NCBI GenBank assembly: GCA_903994455.1
Contig: CAJEXI010000018.1
Span: 120-64,119, forward strand
Direction of reading: 5' to 3'
Length of the DNA stretch: 64,000 nt
DNA from: an uncultured Chlorobiaceae bacterium
GTDB taxonomy: Bacteria; Bacteroidota; Chlorobiia; Chlorobiales; Chlorobiaceae
Both the position numbers and the translations under genes were made by a program. Shown piece after piece: positions 8,990-19,856 of this stretch. Numbering within the stretch: position 1 is the first letter of the stretch; each line of letters starts with the position of its first letter. The notes under the pieces were generated by a model. It saw only the letters and a program-made list of their open reading frames with translations. It did not search any database and was not told the DNA's origin.

Positions 8990-11900
8990 ATGAAAATTTC
9001 CCGCTTGTTCACCAGGCCCGGTGAAAATGTTTTTGACCGTTTCGATTATGCTTTTCGCAGCTCTGTTTTGAGGAATCCTGATGGGTCAAAGGTTTTTGAA
9101 ATGAATAATGTAGAGGTGCCGCAGCAGTGGTCGCAGGTTGCTGCCGATATTTTGGCACAGAAATATTTTCGTAAAACAGGCATTCTCCAGCGTGACGCAG
9201 AGGGGAACGTGATGACCGACAGCGAGGGCAAGCCGGTGACGGGCAGTGAGCATTCGATCAAACAGGTGGTGCATCGTATGGCTGGTTGCTGGAAGGAGTG
9301 GGGCGAAAAGAACCAGTATTTTGATACGCCTGATGATGCCCAGTCCTTTTATGATGAAGTTGCCTTCATGATTCTGGGGCAGATGGGCGCACCCAATTCG
9401 CCGCAGTGGTTTAATACGGGGCTCCATTATGCTTATGGAACAACCGGGCCAGCCCAGGGTCATTATTATGTTGATCCCGAGAGTGGCGAGGTGAAGGAGT
9501 CGGAGGATGCCTATTCCCGGCCACAAGCTCATGCCTGTTTTATCCAGTCGGTCAATGATGATCTGGTCAACGATGGCGGAATTTTTGATTTGGCGATGCG
9601 TGAGGCGAGGGTCTTCAAGTTCGGCAGTGGATCGGGCACCAACTACTCGAACCTTCGTTCGGGCGGGGAAAAGCTGAGCGGCGGGGGAAGCTCTTCGGGG
9701 CTGATGAGCTTTCTGAAAATTTTTGATTCGGCAGCAGGGGCTATAAAGTCGGGCGGCACCACCCGTCGGGCGGCCAAGATGGTGATTGTTGATATTGATC
9801 ATCCTGATGTCGAGAAATTTATTGAGTGGAAGGCGAAGGAGGAGGACAAGGTGGCCTCGCTGGTGGCCGGATCGAGAATCTGTTCCCGTTTCCTTCAGGC
9901 GATTGTTGAAGAGGCGCTTGCCAATGGCGTTGACCGCAAGATAAATCCTCGATTGAATCAGTTGATCCAGAATGCGTTGAGCCGTGCTGTACCGATGAGC
10001 TACATTATTCGTGTGCTTGCTCTTGTTGAGCAGGGGTACACCACGCTTGATTTTGCGGAGTACAACTCTAATTACGAATCGGAAGCTTATGCAACGGTTG
10101 GCGGGCAGAACTCCAACAATACGGTGCGGGTGACCAACGAGTTCATGAAGGCGGTTGAAAATGATGATGTCTGGCACCTTCGTCAGCGCACCACAGGCAA
10201 GACCGCAAAAGTTGTCAAGGCGCGTGACCTCTGGAAAAAAATTCTGCTCGGTGCCTGGAAGTGTGCCGATCCTGGTTTGCAGTTCGATACCACCATCAAC
10301 GAATGGCACACCTGCCCGAAGAGCGGCCGCATTAATGCGAGTAATCCCTGTTCGGAGTATATGTTTCTTGATGATACGGCCTGTAATCTTGCCAGTCTCA
10401 ACCTGATCCATTTTGTTGATGAAGCATCGGGCACCATGAAGGTGAAAGAGCTGCAGCACGCTTCGGCGTTATGGACGGTGGTGCTTGAAATTTCGGTGCT
10501 GATGGCCCATTTTCCTTCAAGGGATATTGCTCGTCTGAGCTATGAGTTCAGAACACTTGGCCTCGGGTTTGCCAATCTTGGCACCGTGCTGATGGTGCTC
10601 GGGATTCCTTACGATTCACCAAAAGCGCTGGCCCTTGCGGGTGCAATCTCCGCCTTGATGACCGGTCAGGCTTATGTCACCTCGGCTGATATGGCCCACG
10701 ATCTTGGCACGTTCAGCGGTTATGCCGCAAATGCCAATGAGATGCTTCGCGTGATTCGCAACCATCGTCGGGCGGCACGCAACCTCCCGGAAGAGGAGTA
10801 TGAGGGGTTGACGGTCAAGCCGCGTGGCATTGATTCGGAGTACTGCCCCAAAGAGCTTTTTGAGGCGGCAGGAACGGTGTGGGATAAAGCGTTACAGAAG
10901 GGCGAAAAGTATGGCTTCCGAAATGCCCAGGTGAGCGTTATTGCTCCGACCGGCACCATCGGGCTGGTTATGGATTGCGATACCACCGGAATTGAGCCGG
11001 AGTTTGCGATTGTCAAATTCAAGAAGCTTGCCGGGGGAGGCTATTTCAAGATTGTCAATCAGTCGGTGCATAAAGCCCTTGAACGGCTCGGTTATAGCAG
11101 TGTGCAGATTGATGCCATTGAACACTATTGCAAGGGTCATGGTACGCTTGCCGGTTCGCCCTCAATCAATCAGCAGTGGCTGAAGAGCAAAGGGTTTACG
11201 GACGAAAAGATTGAGGTGGTCGAGTCGCAGCTTCCGACGGTTTTTGATATTCGCTTCGCCTTCAACAAGTGGATTTTGGGCGAGGATTTCTGCATCGCAC
11301 TTGGCTTTACCAAAGAGCAGCTCGACGATTCTGATTTTGACATGCTTCTGGCTCTTGGCGCTACTGCTGCGGATGCCGAGGCCGCCAATGACTACGTTTG
11401 TGGCACCATGACCATCGAGGGGGCTCCTCACCTGAAGCTCGAACATTTAGCGGTATTCGACTGTGCCAGCAAGTGCGGCAGAAAAGGGCTCCGCTACATC
11501 AAGCATAAGGCCCATGTGTATATGATGTCAGCAGTTCAGCCCTTTATTTCAGGCGCGATTTCCAAAACGGTCAATATGCCCGGCACCGCCACAACCGCCG
11601 ATATTGGAGAGGTGTACCAGACGGCCTGGCTGCTTATGGTCAAGGCGGTCGCGATCTATCGTGATGGCTCAAAACTCTCCCAGCCGCTCAATATTTCAAG
11701 CTATCAGGATCTCGACGAGGTTATCATGCTTGGAACGGAGGAGAACCTTGATGAAACCAAAGGGCCGAGAGAGGTTCAGGAGCGGATTGTCGAGAAGGTC
11801 TATCATCGTTCCGAGCGCCGGATGCTGCCGAAACGGAGAAAGGGCTATATCCGCGAAGCCTATGTTGGCGGCCACAAGGTGTTTCTCAGAACAGGGGAGT

Positions 11901-12415
11901 ACGATGATGGCTCTCTTGGTGAAGTCTTTATTGACATGTACAAGGAGGGGGCTTCGTTCAAGGGGCTGCTGAACTGTTTTGCTGTGCTTGCCTCCAAGGC
12001 GCTGCAATATGGCATGCCGCTTGAAGAGCTGGTTGACAGCTTCACCTTTACCCGCTTTGAACCTGCGGGTGCCGTGCAGGGGCACAATGTTATCAAGAAT
12101 TCGACCTCCATTCTTGACTACGTCTTCCGCTCCATCGGCTACGACTATCTCGGGCGCAAGGATTTTGTGCACGTGAAGGCCGTTGACGAGTTGTTGGAGA
12201 GCAACGGAGAGAATGGTCATGCTACAGTTGTTGAGCCATCACTGGCCGTGCATGTTGAGCCCGCACACAAGGCAACACGTCAAAGCCAGGTCTATCAGGC
12301 CAAAGTGCAGGGCTATACCGGAGAGCAGTGCGAAAATTGTGGCTCCATGCGCGTCAAGCAAAATGGCACCTGCAAGGTTTGTGATGATTGCGGCATGACG
12401 ACGGGGTGCTCCTAA
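8990..12415 (+). CDS. nrdJ: Vitamin B12-dependent (class II) ribonucleotide reductase
   Basis: PNSPQWFN, HACFI, GGTTRRAAKM, NPCSEY, ACNLASLN, IAPTGTIG, ISKTVN; C-terminal CENC..CKVCDDCG. Confidence 0.95.
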   Translation: MKISRLFTRPGENVFDRFDYAFRSSVLRNPDGSKVFEMNNVEVPQQWSQVAADILAQKYFRKTGILQRDAEGNVMTDSEGKPVTGSEHSIKQVVHRMAGCWKEWGEKNQYFDTPDDAQSFYDEVAFMILGQMGAPNSPQWFNTGLHYAYGTTGPAQGHYYVDPESGEVKESEDAYSRPQAHACFIQSVNDDLVNDGGIFDLAMREARVFKFGSGSGTNYSNLRSGGEKLSGGGSSSGLMSFLKIFDSAAGAIKSGGTTRRAAKMVIVDIDHPDVEKFIEWKAKEEDKVASLVAGSRICSRFLQAIVEEALANGVDRKINPRLNQLIQNALSRAVPMSYIIRVLALVEQGYTTLDFAEYNSNYESEAYATVGGQNSNNTVRVTNEFMKAVENDDVWHLRQRTTGKTAKVVKARDLWKKILLGAWKCADPGLQFDTTINEWHTCPKSGRINASNPCSEYMFLDDTACNLASLNLIHFVDEASGTMKVKELQHASALWTVVLEISVLMAHFPSRDIARLSYEFRTLGLGFANLGTVLMVLGIPYDSPKALALAGAISALMTGQAYVTSADMAHDLGTFSGYAANANEMLRVIRNHRRAARNLPEEEYEGLTVKPRGIDSEYCPKELFEAAGTVWDKALQKGEKYGFRNAQVSVIAPTGTIGLVMDCDTTGIEPEFAIVKFKKLAGGGYFKIVNQSVHKALERLGYSSVQIDAIEHYCKGHGTLAGSPSINQQWLKSKGFTDEKIEVVESQLPTVFDIRFAFNKWILGEDFCIALGFTKEQLDDSDFDMLLALGATAADAEAANDYVCGTMTIEGAPHLKLEHLAVFDCASKCGRKGLRYIKHKAHVYMMSAVQPFISGAISKTVNMPGTATTADIGEVYQTAWLLMVKAVAIYRDGSKLSQPLNISSYQDLDEVIMLGTEENLDETKGPREVQERIVEKVYHRSERRMLPKRRKGYIREAYVGGHKVFLRTGEYDDGSLGEVFIDMYKEGASFKGLLNCFAVLASKALQYGMPLEELVDSFTFTRFEPAGAVQGHNVIKNSTSILDYVFRSIGYDYLGRKDFVHVKAVDELLESNGENGHATVVEPSLAVHVEPAHKATRQSQVYQAKVQGYTGEQCENCGSMRVKQNGTCKVCDDCGMTTGCS

Positions 12416-13110
12416 AGCGAAGCCGCCGGTCGAAACCCTGTTGCTGACTGTTCCATGGTGCTCTCCACCAGGTTCAGCCCGGCAATTTGCAGGGTACGGA
12501 AAGGGGAGTGGCGCACCAGCTCGTAGTCGTGGGTTCCGATCACCACGATGATGCCCTTCTGGTTGATTCGCTTCAGGTAGTCGAGAATTTCCAGTGACGT
12601 ATCGGGGTCGAGGTTGCCGGTTGGCTCGTCGGCGAGGATGACGAGCGGCTCGCGCACCAGCGCACGGGCGATGGAGATTCTCTGCTGCTCTCCTCCCGAG
12701 AGGCGCAGGGGCATCACTTTGGCGGCATGTTCCAGCCCGACGCTTTCGAGGGCGTGCATCACCAGCTCCTTGACGAGCTTCTCCTTCGTGCCGGTCACCT
12801 TCAGCACAAACGCCAGATTATCATAGACGTTACGATCTTCAAGCAGGCGGAAATCCTGGAAAACAATACCAAGCTTCCGGCGCAGCAGCGGGATCTGCCG
12901 CTTTTTGATGGTGAGGGAGCTGTATCCGGCAATGCGTATCTCCCCCTTTTTCGGTCGAATATCCATGTAGAGCGACTTGAGCAGTGTGGATTTGCCCGTG
13001 CCGCTTTTTCCGACAATATAGACAAGCTCGCCGGGCTGAATGGTAAGGTTCAGATTGGTGAATATCGGTTTTTTATCAAGTTCAAGGTTAACGTTGCTGA
13101 AGGAGATCAT
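12412..13110 (-). CDS. ftsE: Cell-division ABC ATPase FtsE
   Basis: [46 protein letters not shown]. Confidence 0.85.
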   Translation of the reverse strand: MISFSNVNLELDKKPIFTNLNLTIQPGELVYIVGKSGTGKSTLLKSLYMDIRPKKGEIRIAGYSSLTIKKRQIPLLRRKLGIVFQDFRLLEDRNVYDNLAFVLKVTGTKEKLVKELVMHALESVGLEHAAKVMPLRLSGGEQQRISIARALVREPLVILADEPTGNLDPDTSLEILDYLKRINQKGIIVVIGTHDYELVRHSPFRTLQIAGLNLVESTMEQSATGFRPAASL

Positions 13111-14114
13111 AGTAATGGTTCTGTTTGTTTTTTTCTGTTTTGGGCGATGGTTATGGCAAGCAGCGTCGCTTCATAACAACTTCTTTCGGAGGCGACTCCT
13201 TTCCCTGCAATATCGAAACCGGTGCCGTGATCGGGTGAGGTTCGCACTATCGGCAGCCCGAGAGTGACGTTTACCCCGGTGTCGAAGGCGAGCACCTTGA
13301 AGGGCAGCAGCCCCTGGTCGTGATACATTGCCACCACAATATCGTAATTGCGGTACATTTTTGAGCCAAAAAAGCCGTCGGCAGGAAAGGGGCCATCCAC
13401 CCTGAAGTGGGATGAGGCTCTTTCAATGCAGGGGCGGATAATATCCTGTTCTTCACTACCCATAATCCCGCCGTCGGAAGCGTGGGGGTTGAGCCCAAGC
13501 ACCGCTATGCGAGGCGAGGCAAGAGCAAAATCGGTGTTTATTGATTGAGCGAGTGATGCGAGAAAAGCATCCAGATTCATCGTGCGGATCAATCCTGAAA
13601 CCTTTTCGAGAGGTTCGTGGATGGTGGCAAGGGCGACTCTGAGATCCAGAAGGGGATCAAAAAACATCATGGTCGGTGAAGGTATCCCGAAAAGCCTGCC
13701 GAGATATCCTGTATGGCCGGTATCAGCACAGCCCGCTCTTACGATGGCTTCCTTGTGGATCGGAGCGGTGACCAGCGCATCGCAAAGGCCATCGCGGCAG
13801 AGTTCAGCGGCGGCATTGATTGACTTCACCGCCAGTTGACCAGCTTCAGCCGATATTGTGCCGGGTATAATGCTCTCCGGTTCAGCGATACTGAAAACAG
13901 GCAGCACGCCTTTCCGCATCGGAGCCATCCCGACGACACTCTCGATCAATTCCAGCGTTACCGGCAGATCCAGCGCTTTTCTGTAATAATCCATAACGGC
14001 ATACGACCCGGCTACCAGAAATGAATGACCGGAGCGCTCAAGCTTCAGAAAACTTTTCAGGATGATTTCCGGTCCGATGCCGTGAGGGTCACCGATTGAC
14101 CAGACAATGCGCAT
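13107..14114 (-). CDS. pdxA: 4-hydroxythreonine-4-phosphate dehydrogenase
   Basis: GDPHGIGPEI, TAPIHK, GHT, GLNPHA, AMYHDQGL, RTSPDHGT. Confidence 0.95.
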   Translation of the reverse strand: MRIVWSIGDPHGIGPEIILKSFLKLERSGHSFLVAGSYAVMDYYRKALDLPVTLELIESVVGMAPMRKGVLPVFSIAEPESIIPGTISAEAGQLAVKSINAAAELCRDGLCDALVTAPIHKEAIVRAGCADTGHTGYLGRLFGIPSPTMMFFDPLLDLRVALATIHEPLEKVSGLIRTMNLDAFLASLAQSINTDFALASPRIAVLGLNPHASDGGIMGSEEQDIIRPCIERASSHFRVDGPFPADGFFGSKMYRNYDIVVAMYHDQGLLPFKVLAFDTGVNVTLGLPIVRTSPDHGTGFDIAGKGVASERSCYEATLLAITIAQNRKKQTEPLL

Positions 14115-14116
14115 GT

Positions 14117-14581
14117 TCAGAGCCTTTTGTATGCATTGGCAATTTTGTCATCCGTTTTGACCCCTTTCAGGGCCAGCATAAGCAGGACCGGTTCCGGCAG
14201 AATAATGTAAAACCCCGCTTCGGGCCGATGTGTTATGAGAGCGTGAATGGTTTCGAAATGCTGGTTCATGAGGTGTGCCGCAGTAAGGCCGGAGAAAAGA
14301 TCAGCAACAAAGAGCATAATGGCCAGCAGAATAAACTTGCTCTGCAGGGTACGGCTTTTATAGAGAAAAATGGCGGCAATTGAGATGAGAGCGGTCATGA
14401 TCGAAAAGGTGCCTCCTGCAGCGCATGCAAGGGAATACTCTATTTCAGCAAACCCGGATGCCGAAAAATCGGAGACAAGAAAAAGGTGACCGGCGCTGAA
14501 ACTCCAGAAAGGGAGAAACATGCTCGCTACAGCAAGCAAACCGGCAAGAAACAGGTAAAGATTTTGAATTCTGGCTACCAT
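14117..14581 (-). CDS. DUF4293-family membrane protein
   Basis: RIQNLYL, hydrophobic helices, IFLYKSRTLQ, GVKTDDK..AYKRL end. Start set at the ATG at 14581. Confidence 0.7.
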   Translation of the reverse strand: MVARIQNLYLFLAGLLAVASMFLPFWSFSAGHLFLVSDFSASGFAEIEYSLACAAGGTFSIMTALISIAAIFLYKSRTLQSKFILLAIMLFVADLFSGLTAAHLMNQHFETIHALITHRPEAGFYIILPEPVLLMLALKGVKTDDKIANAYKRL

Positions 14582-14962
14582 GGCGGTGTGCGGTTTAGAG
14601 TCATAGAAACTGATACCGTCAATATACATAATCATGAGAAAAGAGTGCTGATGGAAGCGTCTGAACAGCAGAAAAAATGGTACAGATTCTCAGGCTCAGT
14701 TCAATTGTACGAGCTGACATTGTGGTGAAAGGGCTCGTCACCACTGGAATTTGTCATTGATGAAAAATTTTATCTGGTCTTTTCGCCAGCTTGCCAATAT
14801 GCTCAAAAAGAAGTAGAAAAGAAGTTTCGGGGGAAGGATTTTGATGATCGTTCCTTGAGGTTATATATTGAAGCCAAAGAGGCCCGGTGAGAAGATCGAT
14901 AAGCCGGGCTCACGAGTTGTTTTTGAGGATATAGCCCAAAGTTTCACGAGTTTTCACACAAT

Positions 14963-15550
14963 ATGGCCCATACTTCCATACATCGAGAACAGCAGCATGA
15001 GAGCGATCAGGAGCTGGTGGCCAGGGCGATTGCTAACAAAGAGGCATTTGCCGCAATTGTTCGCCGTTATGAAGCGCCTCTTTTGAGATATATCGTTCGT
15101 TTGGGATGTAAGGATTTATCAGCAGCGGAAGATCTGCTCCAGGAGATATTGATCAAAACATTTGTTCATCTCAATGATTACGACACCTCGCTCCAGTTTT
15201 CATCGTGGATTTACCGAATCGCACATAATGAAATCGTCAGTTATTTCCGAAAGGAAAAGAGTCGCCCAAGCGTATTAGTACAAGGCGATGGAAGTTTTCT
15301 TTTTGAAAATATGACTGATGATGCTGGCTTGACCGAACTGGAAGGCTCGCGGCATACCGCAGCGGAAATTCAGGGGGTTGTTGATCGGCTTGAAACGAAG
15401 TACCGGGAGGTCATTGTCCTTAAATTTTTTGAAGAAAAAAGCTATGAGGAGATATCAGATATTTTGCAGATCCCTCAAGGGACAGTAGCGACACTGATCA
15501 ATCGGGCCAAGAAAAAAATAAAGTTTCATTTAGAAAAGAGTAAGTGGTGA
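14963..15550 (+). CDS. ECF-family RNA polymerase sigma factor
   Basis: AEDLLQE, FSSWIYRIAHN, SYEEISDIL.IPQGTVATLINRAKK. Confidence 0.9.
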   Translation: MAHTSIHREQQHESDQELVARAIANKEAFAAIVRRYEAPLLRYIVRLGCKDLSAAEDLLQEILIKTFVHLNDYDTSLQFSSWIYRIAHNEIVSYFRKEKSRPSVLVQGDGSFLFENMTDDAGLTELEGSRHTAAEIQGVVDRLETKYREVIVLKFFEEKSYEEISDILQIPQGTVATLINRAKKKIKFHLEKSKW

Positions 15551-15556
15551 TGCCTC

Positions 15557-16345
15557 ATGCAGAAGGACAGATCGAAATTTATACTTGATGAAATTGAGAA
15601 AAGACATGCTGAGCTGATTCCACGTTGGCGCTTTCTTGTCAAACGACTTGGTTTTTGGTTGCTTGCCGCAATTTCGGTTGTAACGGGCGGCATGGCGATG
15701 GCAACGGCTATTTATGTTTTTATTGACAACGATTTCATTGCCGATCACGATTATATCGACCGTTTTTTTACTCAGCGTCCGCTTGTTGAGGATATCATCT
15801 CCAGTATACCCTATGTTTGGCTGGCGGCCCTTGCCTTGTTTACTTTGGTTGCATTTTTCGGCTTCCGTCACACCAAAAAAGGTTATCGGTATTCAGCGGC
15901 AAAGGTTATTGCGGCTTCACTCAGTGCAAGCCTTTTACTCAGCCTTTGCCTGAACACCGTTGATATTGGCGGATATATCCATCGCTACCTTATAGAAAAT
16001 GTTTATGTTTACAATAACCTGATCAATGCCAATGAGCAGCGCTGGAGCAATTCACAAAAAGGATTGCTTGGCGGCAAAGTCATTAAAACAGATAAGATAC
16101 AGCATCAGATTGTGTTAAGGGACTTTAACATGGGCATCTGGCGTGTTGACATCAATAAAGCCGAGGTGCGGCCAAAAACACAGATTGCGCCGGGCAGATA
16201 TCTGAAAATTACCGGGATAAAAACAGGTCGCCGAACGTTTCAGGCGCTGTCAATACAGAGCTGGGAAAAGAAGTATCATAAGCGTACGCCCGCTCCCGTA
16301 AAAATTTTGCCGCCAAAGAGCACTCAAGGATCGGATATCAAATGA
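15557..16345 (+). CDS. Membrane protein, probable anti-sigma partner
   Basis: Starts 6 bp after the ECF gene; three hydrophobic segments followed by a basic beta-rich domain. Confidence 0.6.
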   Translation: MQKDRSKFILDEIEKRHAELIPRWRFLVKRLGFWLLAAISVVTGGMAMATAIYVFIDNDFIADHDYIDRFFTQRPLVEDIISSIPYVWLAALALFTLVAFFGFRHTKKGYRYSAAKVIAASLSASLLLSLCLNTVDIGGYIHRYLIENVYVYNNLINANEQRWSNSQKGLLGGKVIKTDKIQHQIVLRDFNMGIWRVDINKAEVRPKTQIAPGRYLKITGIKTGRRTFQALSIQSWEKKYHKRTPAPVKILPPKSTQGSDIK

Positions 16346-16358
16346 TTTCAATCGGGCA

Positions 16359-17687
16359 TCAACTATGGTCTTTACCCGGGAACGCCGGGCTCCAGCCCGG
16401 CATATTTCGAAACTCAGGCGAGTAACGCTCTATACTTTCTGCGATGAGAGTCGTTGCGCCAGTCCTCTCCTGAACGAATCTTCCCGCAGCCTTTCCGCTT
16501 TTTCCCCTTTGCGAAGTATCAGTCGTCAGGGTTTTCAGGGCAGCACCCAGTTCCCTCACATCATGAATGATGACTGCGCCTCCTGCGGCAACAAGTTCTT
16601 CCGCTTCGGGGGAGTTGTGACAATTTGGGCCGAACAGTACCGGAATAGAATAAACGGCAGGTTCCAGCGTGTTATGCACATTAACGCCGAAACCTCCTCC
16701 CACATAAGCTATCGATGCCAGTGAATAAAGCTCAGCAAGATAGCCGGTCTGGTCAATGACCAGAATTTCCCGCTCAGGATCAAACGTTTCACTCAGGCTT
16801 GATACCGGTGTATAGGCCAGAGAGCGGTTTTGAAGCTCCTGATACAGTTTGGACATTGTTTCCGGGTTAACTTCATGTGGCACCAGTATCAGTGATGGCC
16901 GATGTTCAAGCTCAAGCCAGGCTGGAATGAGCAAGGTTTCGTCCTGTTCCCACACACTTCCTGCAACCAGTACCGTGCGGTTTTCAAAGAGAGGCTTGAG
17001 GTGATCAACCTTCGCACAGTTCCTGCTGCGCAAAAAAACCTGGTCAAACCTCGGGTCGCCTGCAGTTTCAGCCTGTTGGCAATTGAATATCTCCCTGAAC
17101 GCAATGGTATCCTTTGCTGAAACCGTATAGACATGATCGAAGAGGCGAAAAATGGCTCGGTAAAAGCCTTTCAGCATCGGGTTGAAGTACTGTGCATTCT
17201 TTTGGAGTACCGCTGCGGCAAGAATCAGCGTTGCTCCGCTTTTTTTTGCTTCCATGATATGGTTTGGCCAGAAGTCGTAGCGCATGAGCAGCAACAGATC
17301 CGGCTTGATTAGTGCAACCAGCTTTTTTGCATTGGCGCGAGTGTCTGCTGGCAGATAGAAGACCGCAGAAGCGTCAGGGAAGTTTTTTCGGGCGTTATAG
17401 CCGGAATCAGAGAGGAATGAGACAAAAAGAGTGAGCGCCGGGTGCTTTGCTTTCAGTGCAGCAATGATCGGGCGCGCCTGCTCAAACTCGCCGACCGAGG
17501 CAGCATGGACCCATAAGGTAAAAGGAGAGGGAGGAGGTTTTATAATTTTTTGTTCCAGCTCGTCAAACAGTCCTTTCCGCACCCTGAAAAAAGTTTTGAG
17601 CTTGGGGTGCAGAGGGCTGAAGAGCCTTGCAATGCCAAGAAAAATGGGAAGAAGTGTGGTATAGATTAATAGAGTCGGACTATTCAT
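16359..17687 (-). CDS. waaA: Kdo transferase
   Basis: LWVHAASVGEFEQ, YLPAD, GDPRFD, AGSVW, YVGGGF..HNTLEPA. Start set at the ATG at 17687. Confidence 0.93.
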   Translation of the reverse strand: MNSPTLLIYTTLLPIFLGIARLFSPLHPKLKTFFRVRKGLFDELEQKIIKPPPSPFTLWVHAASVGEFEQARPIIAALKAKHPALTLFVSFLSDSGYNARKNFPDASAVFYLPADTRANAKKLVALIKPDLLLLMRYDFWPNHIMEAKKSGATLILAAAVLQKNAQYFNPMLKGFYRAIFRLFDHVYTVSAKDTIAFREIFNCQQAETAGDPRFDQVFLRSRNCAKVDHLKPLFENRTVLVAGSVWEQDETLLIPAWLELEHRPSLILVPHEVNPETMSKLYQELQNRSLAYTPVSSLSETFDPEREILVIDQTGYLAELYSLASIAYVGGGFGVNVHNTLEPAVYSIPVLFGPNCHNSPEAEELVAAGGAVIIHDVRELGAALKTLTTDTSQRGKSGKAAGRFVQERTGATTLIAESIERYSPEFRNMPGWSPAFPGKDHS

Positions 17688-18044
17688 AAGGGCATTTTTC
17701 TTTGCACGCCAATGTTTGGATGACGCTGAAGGTAACAAAAAAGCTGAATGATTAGTAGATGAGTTGTGCCGGTCAACGGTTTTACGACCTTTAAAATAAA
17801 TTCGTCTTTGGCAATAAAAAATGGTATCATCCTGAAGTTTATAATGCGTGGTGAATATGCTAAGAAAGGACGCTGAAAAATTTCCGGCGTTTGTGACGAT
17901 TCGATGGCGCTTGGCTTTGTTTTGGGCTGCCCCGATGTTTTCGGTTGATGAGAACTCTTCTTCATTTTTTTCTTTCCTGCATTGCTGCCACTCGCGCCTC
18001 TTATGAGGCTTTTTTTTATCAATGATCCGGAAAAGAAGATAACA

Positions 18045-19838
18045 ATGAAAGAACAGCAATTATTGCCGACGGATTTTCACACCCTTCAGCTTGCCGAGCC
18101 CTTAATGAAAGCGCTTGAAGAGGTTGGCTACGAAAGCCCTACCCCGATTCAGGCACAGACCATTCCCCTGATTCTCGAAGGACGTGATGTTCTTGGGCAG
18201 GCACAGACAGGCACAGGAAAAACCGCAGCCTTTGCCCTGCCGATACTCTCCAATATCAATCTTGACCAGGCTGAACCGCAGGCGCTGGTGCTTGCCCCTA
18301 CACGGGAGCTTGCTATTCAAGTTGCTGAGGCATTTCAGCGTTATGCCGAATATCTCAAGGGTTTTCATGTTGTGCCTATTTATGGTGGGCAGGATTACGG
18401 GATTCAGCTTCGCATGTTAAGACGAGGTGTACATGTTATTGTTGGAACACCCGGTCGTGTTATGGATCATATACGGCGAGGCACACTGAATCTTTCATCG
18501 TTGAAGTGCCTGGTGCTTGATGAAGCTGACGAAATGCTTCGCATGGGATTTATTGATGATGTTGAATGGATTCTTGAGCAGACCCCAAAAGACCGGCAGA
18601 TCGCTCTTTTCTCGGCAACCATGCCTCCGGTGATCCGCCGTATTGCTCAAAAGTATCTTACCAATCCTGCTGAGGTAACGATTCAGACAAAAACTTCGAC
18701 GGTTGATACCACCCGGCAGCGCTACTGGATTGTCGGTGGAAGCCACAAAATCGACATTTTGACCAGAATTTTGGAAGTTGAGCCGTTTGATGGAATGCTT
18801 ATTTTTGTGCGTACCAAAACCATGACGATTGAACTTGCTGAAAAGCTTCAGGCCAGGGGATATGGTGCCGCTGCTCTCAACGGAGATATGCCGCAGAGTC
18901 AGCGTGAACGTACCGTCGAGCAACTGAAGAGCGGGGTGCTGAGTATTGTTATTGCCACCGATGTTGCGGCACGGGGACTTGATGTTGATCGTATCAGCCA
19001 TGTCATCAACTACGATATTCCCTCTGATACCGAATCTTATGTGCACCGTATTGGACGCACCGGTCGTGCTGGTCGTGCCGGTGATGCCATTCTTTTTGTC
19101 TCTCCGAGGGAGAAAAACATGCTGTACTCCATTGAACGGGCCACGCACAGCCGTATTGAGCTGATGGAGCTGCCAACGACGGAGGTCATCAACAACAAGA
19201 GGATTGCAAAGTTCAATCAGCGCATCACCGACAGGATTGCCGCTGAAGATCTTGGATTTTTTAGCAAGCTTATTGAGCAGTACTGCCATGAGCATGGTGT
19301 TTCGGAACTTGAAGCAGCGGCGGCGCTTGCCTCGATGGTTCAGGGTGAGACACCGCTTCTCTTATCCAACAAGCCCGAAAAGGCAAAGTTTCATGAAGAG
19401 AGAGAGGGGTCTGGCAGAGAGCGAGGGTCAGACAGGGATCGCGGAACGCTCAAAAGGCGAAGCAAGGGCGAGGCTTATGGCGAAGAGGGCAAGGAGAGGT
19501 ATCGACTTGAGGTAGGCAGTGAACATGGTGTGAAGGCGGGTAATATTCTCGGCGCAATTCTTAACGAGGTTGGGCTTGATCCGGAATCGGTCGGCCATAT
19601 TTCGATCAATGAGAGTTACAGTACGGTCGAACTGCCCCAGGGGATGCCGGATAATGTGTTTCATGAGCTGAGAAAGGTGAGAGTCTGCGGTCGTCAGTTG
19701 AGGCTGAGCAAAATGGAAGATCAGGAGCGTGAGTCACCTTACGCATCAAAAAAGAGTTTTAAAAAACCCTATAAACCAGCATCGGCAGGAAAAGAGAGTT
19801 CATTCTTTACCGGAAACAAAAAGAAGCGTAAAGGGTAA
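18045..19838 (+). CDS. deaD: DEAD-box RNA helicase DeaD/CsdA
   Basis: AQTGTGKT, PTRELA, DEAD, SAT, ARGLD, HRIGRTGRAG and a DbpA-type RNA-binding C-terminus. Confidence 0.93.
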   Translation: MKEQQLLPTDFHTLQLAEPLMKALEEVGYESPTPIQAQTIPLILEGRDVLGQAQTGTGKTAAFALPILSNINLDQAEPQALVLAPTRELAIQVAEAFQRYAEYLKGFHVVPIYGGQDYGIQLRMLRRGVHVIVGTPGRVMDHIRRGTLNLSSLKCLVLDEADEMLRMGFIDDVEWILEQTPKDRQIALFSATMPPVIRRIAQKYLTNPAEVTIQTKTSTVDTTRQRYWIVGGSHKIDILTRILEVEPFDGMLIFVRTKTMTIELAEKLQARGYGAAALNGDMPQSQRERTVEQLKSGVLSIVIATDVAARGLDVDRISHVINYDIPSDTESYVHRIGRTGRAGRAGDAILFVSPREKNMLYSIERATHSRIELMELPTTEVINNKRIAKFNQRITDRIAAEDLGFFSKLIEQYCHEHGVSELEAAAALASMVQGETPLLLSNKPEKAKFHEEREGSGRERGSDRDRGTLKRRSKGEAYGEEGKERYRLEVGSEHGVKAGNILGAILNEVGLDPESVGHISINESYSTVELPQGMPDNVFHELRKVRVCGRQLRLSKMEDQERESPYASKKSFKKPYKPASAGKESSFFTGNKKKRKG

Positions 19839-19856
19839 ATTCCGCAACACAATATT

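Noticed and set aside
9086-10459. Long antisense ORFs (also 38085-39104, 45542-46642, 58333-59118)
   Set aside because: Shadows of well-supported genes on the opposite strand, with no recognisable motifs.
8990-12415. Intein or intron in nrdJ; NrdR boxes upstream
   Set aside because: The ORF is continuous with no splice or LAGLIDADG motifs; upstream matches to the NrdR box are too weak.
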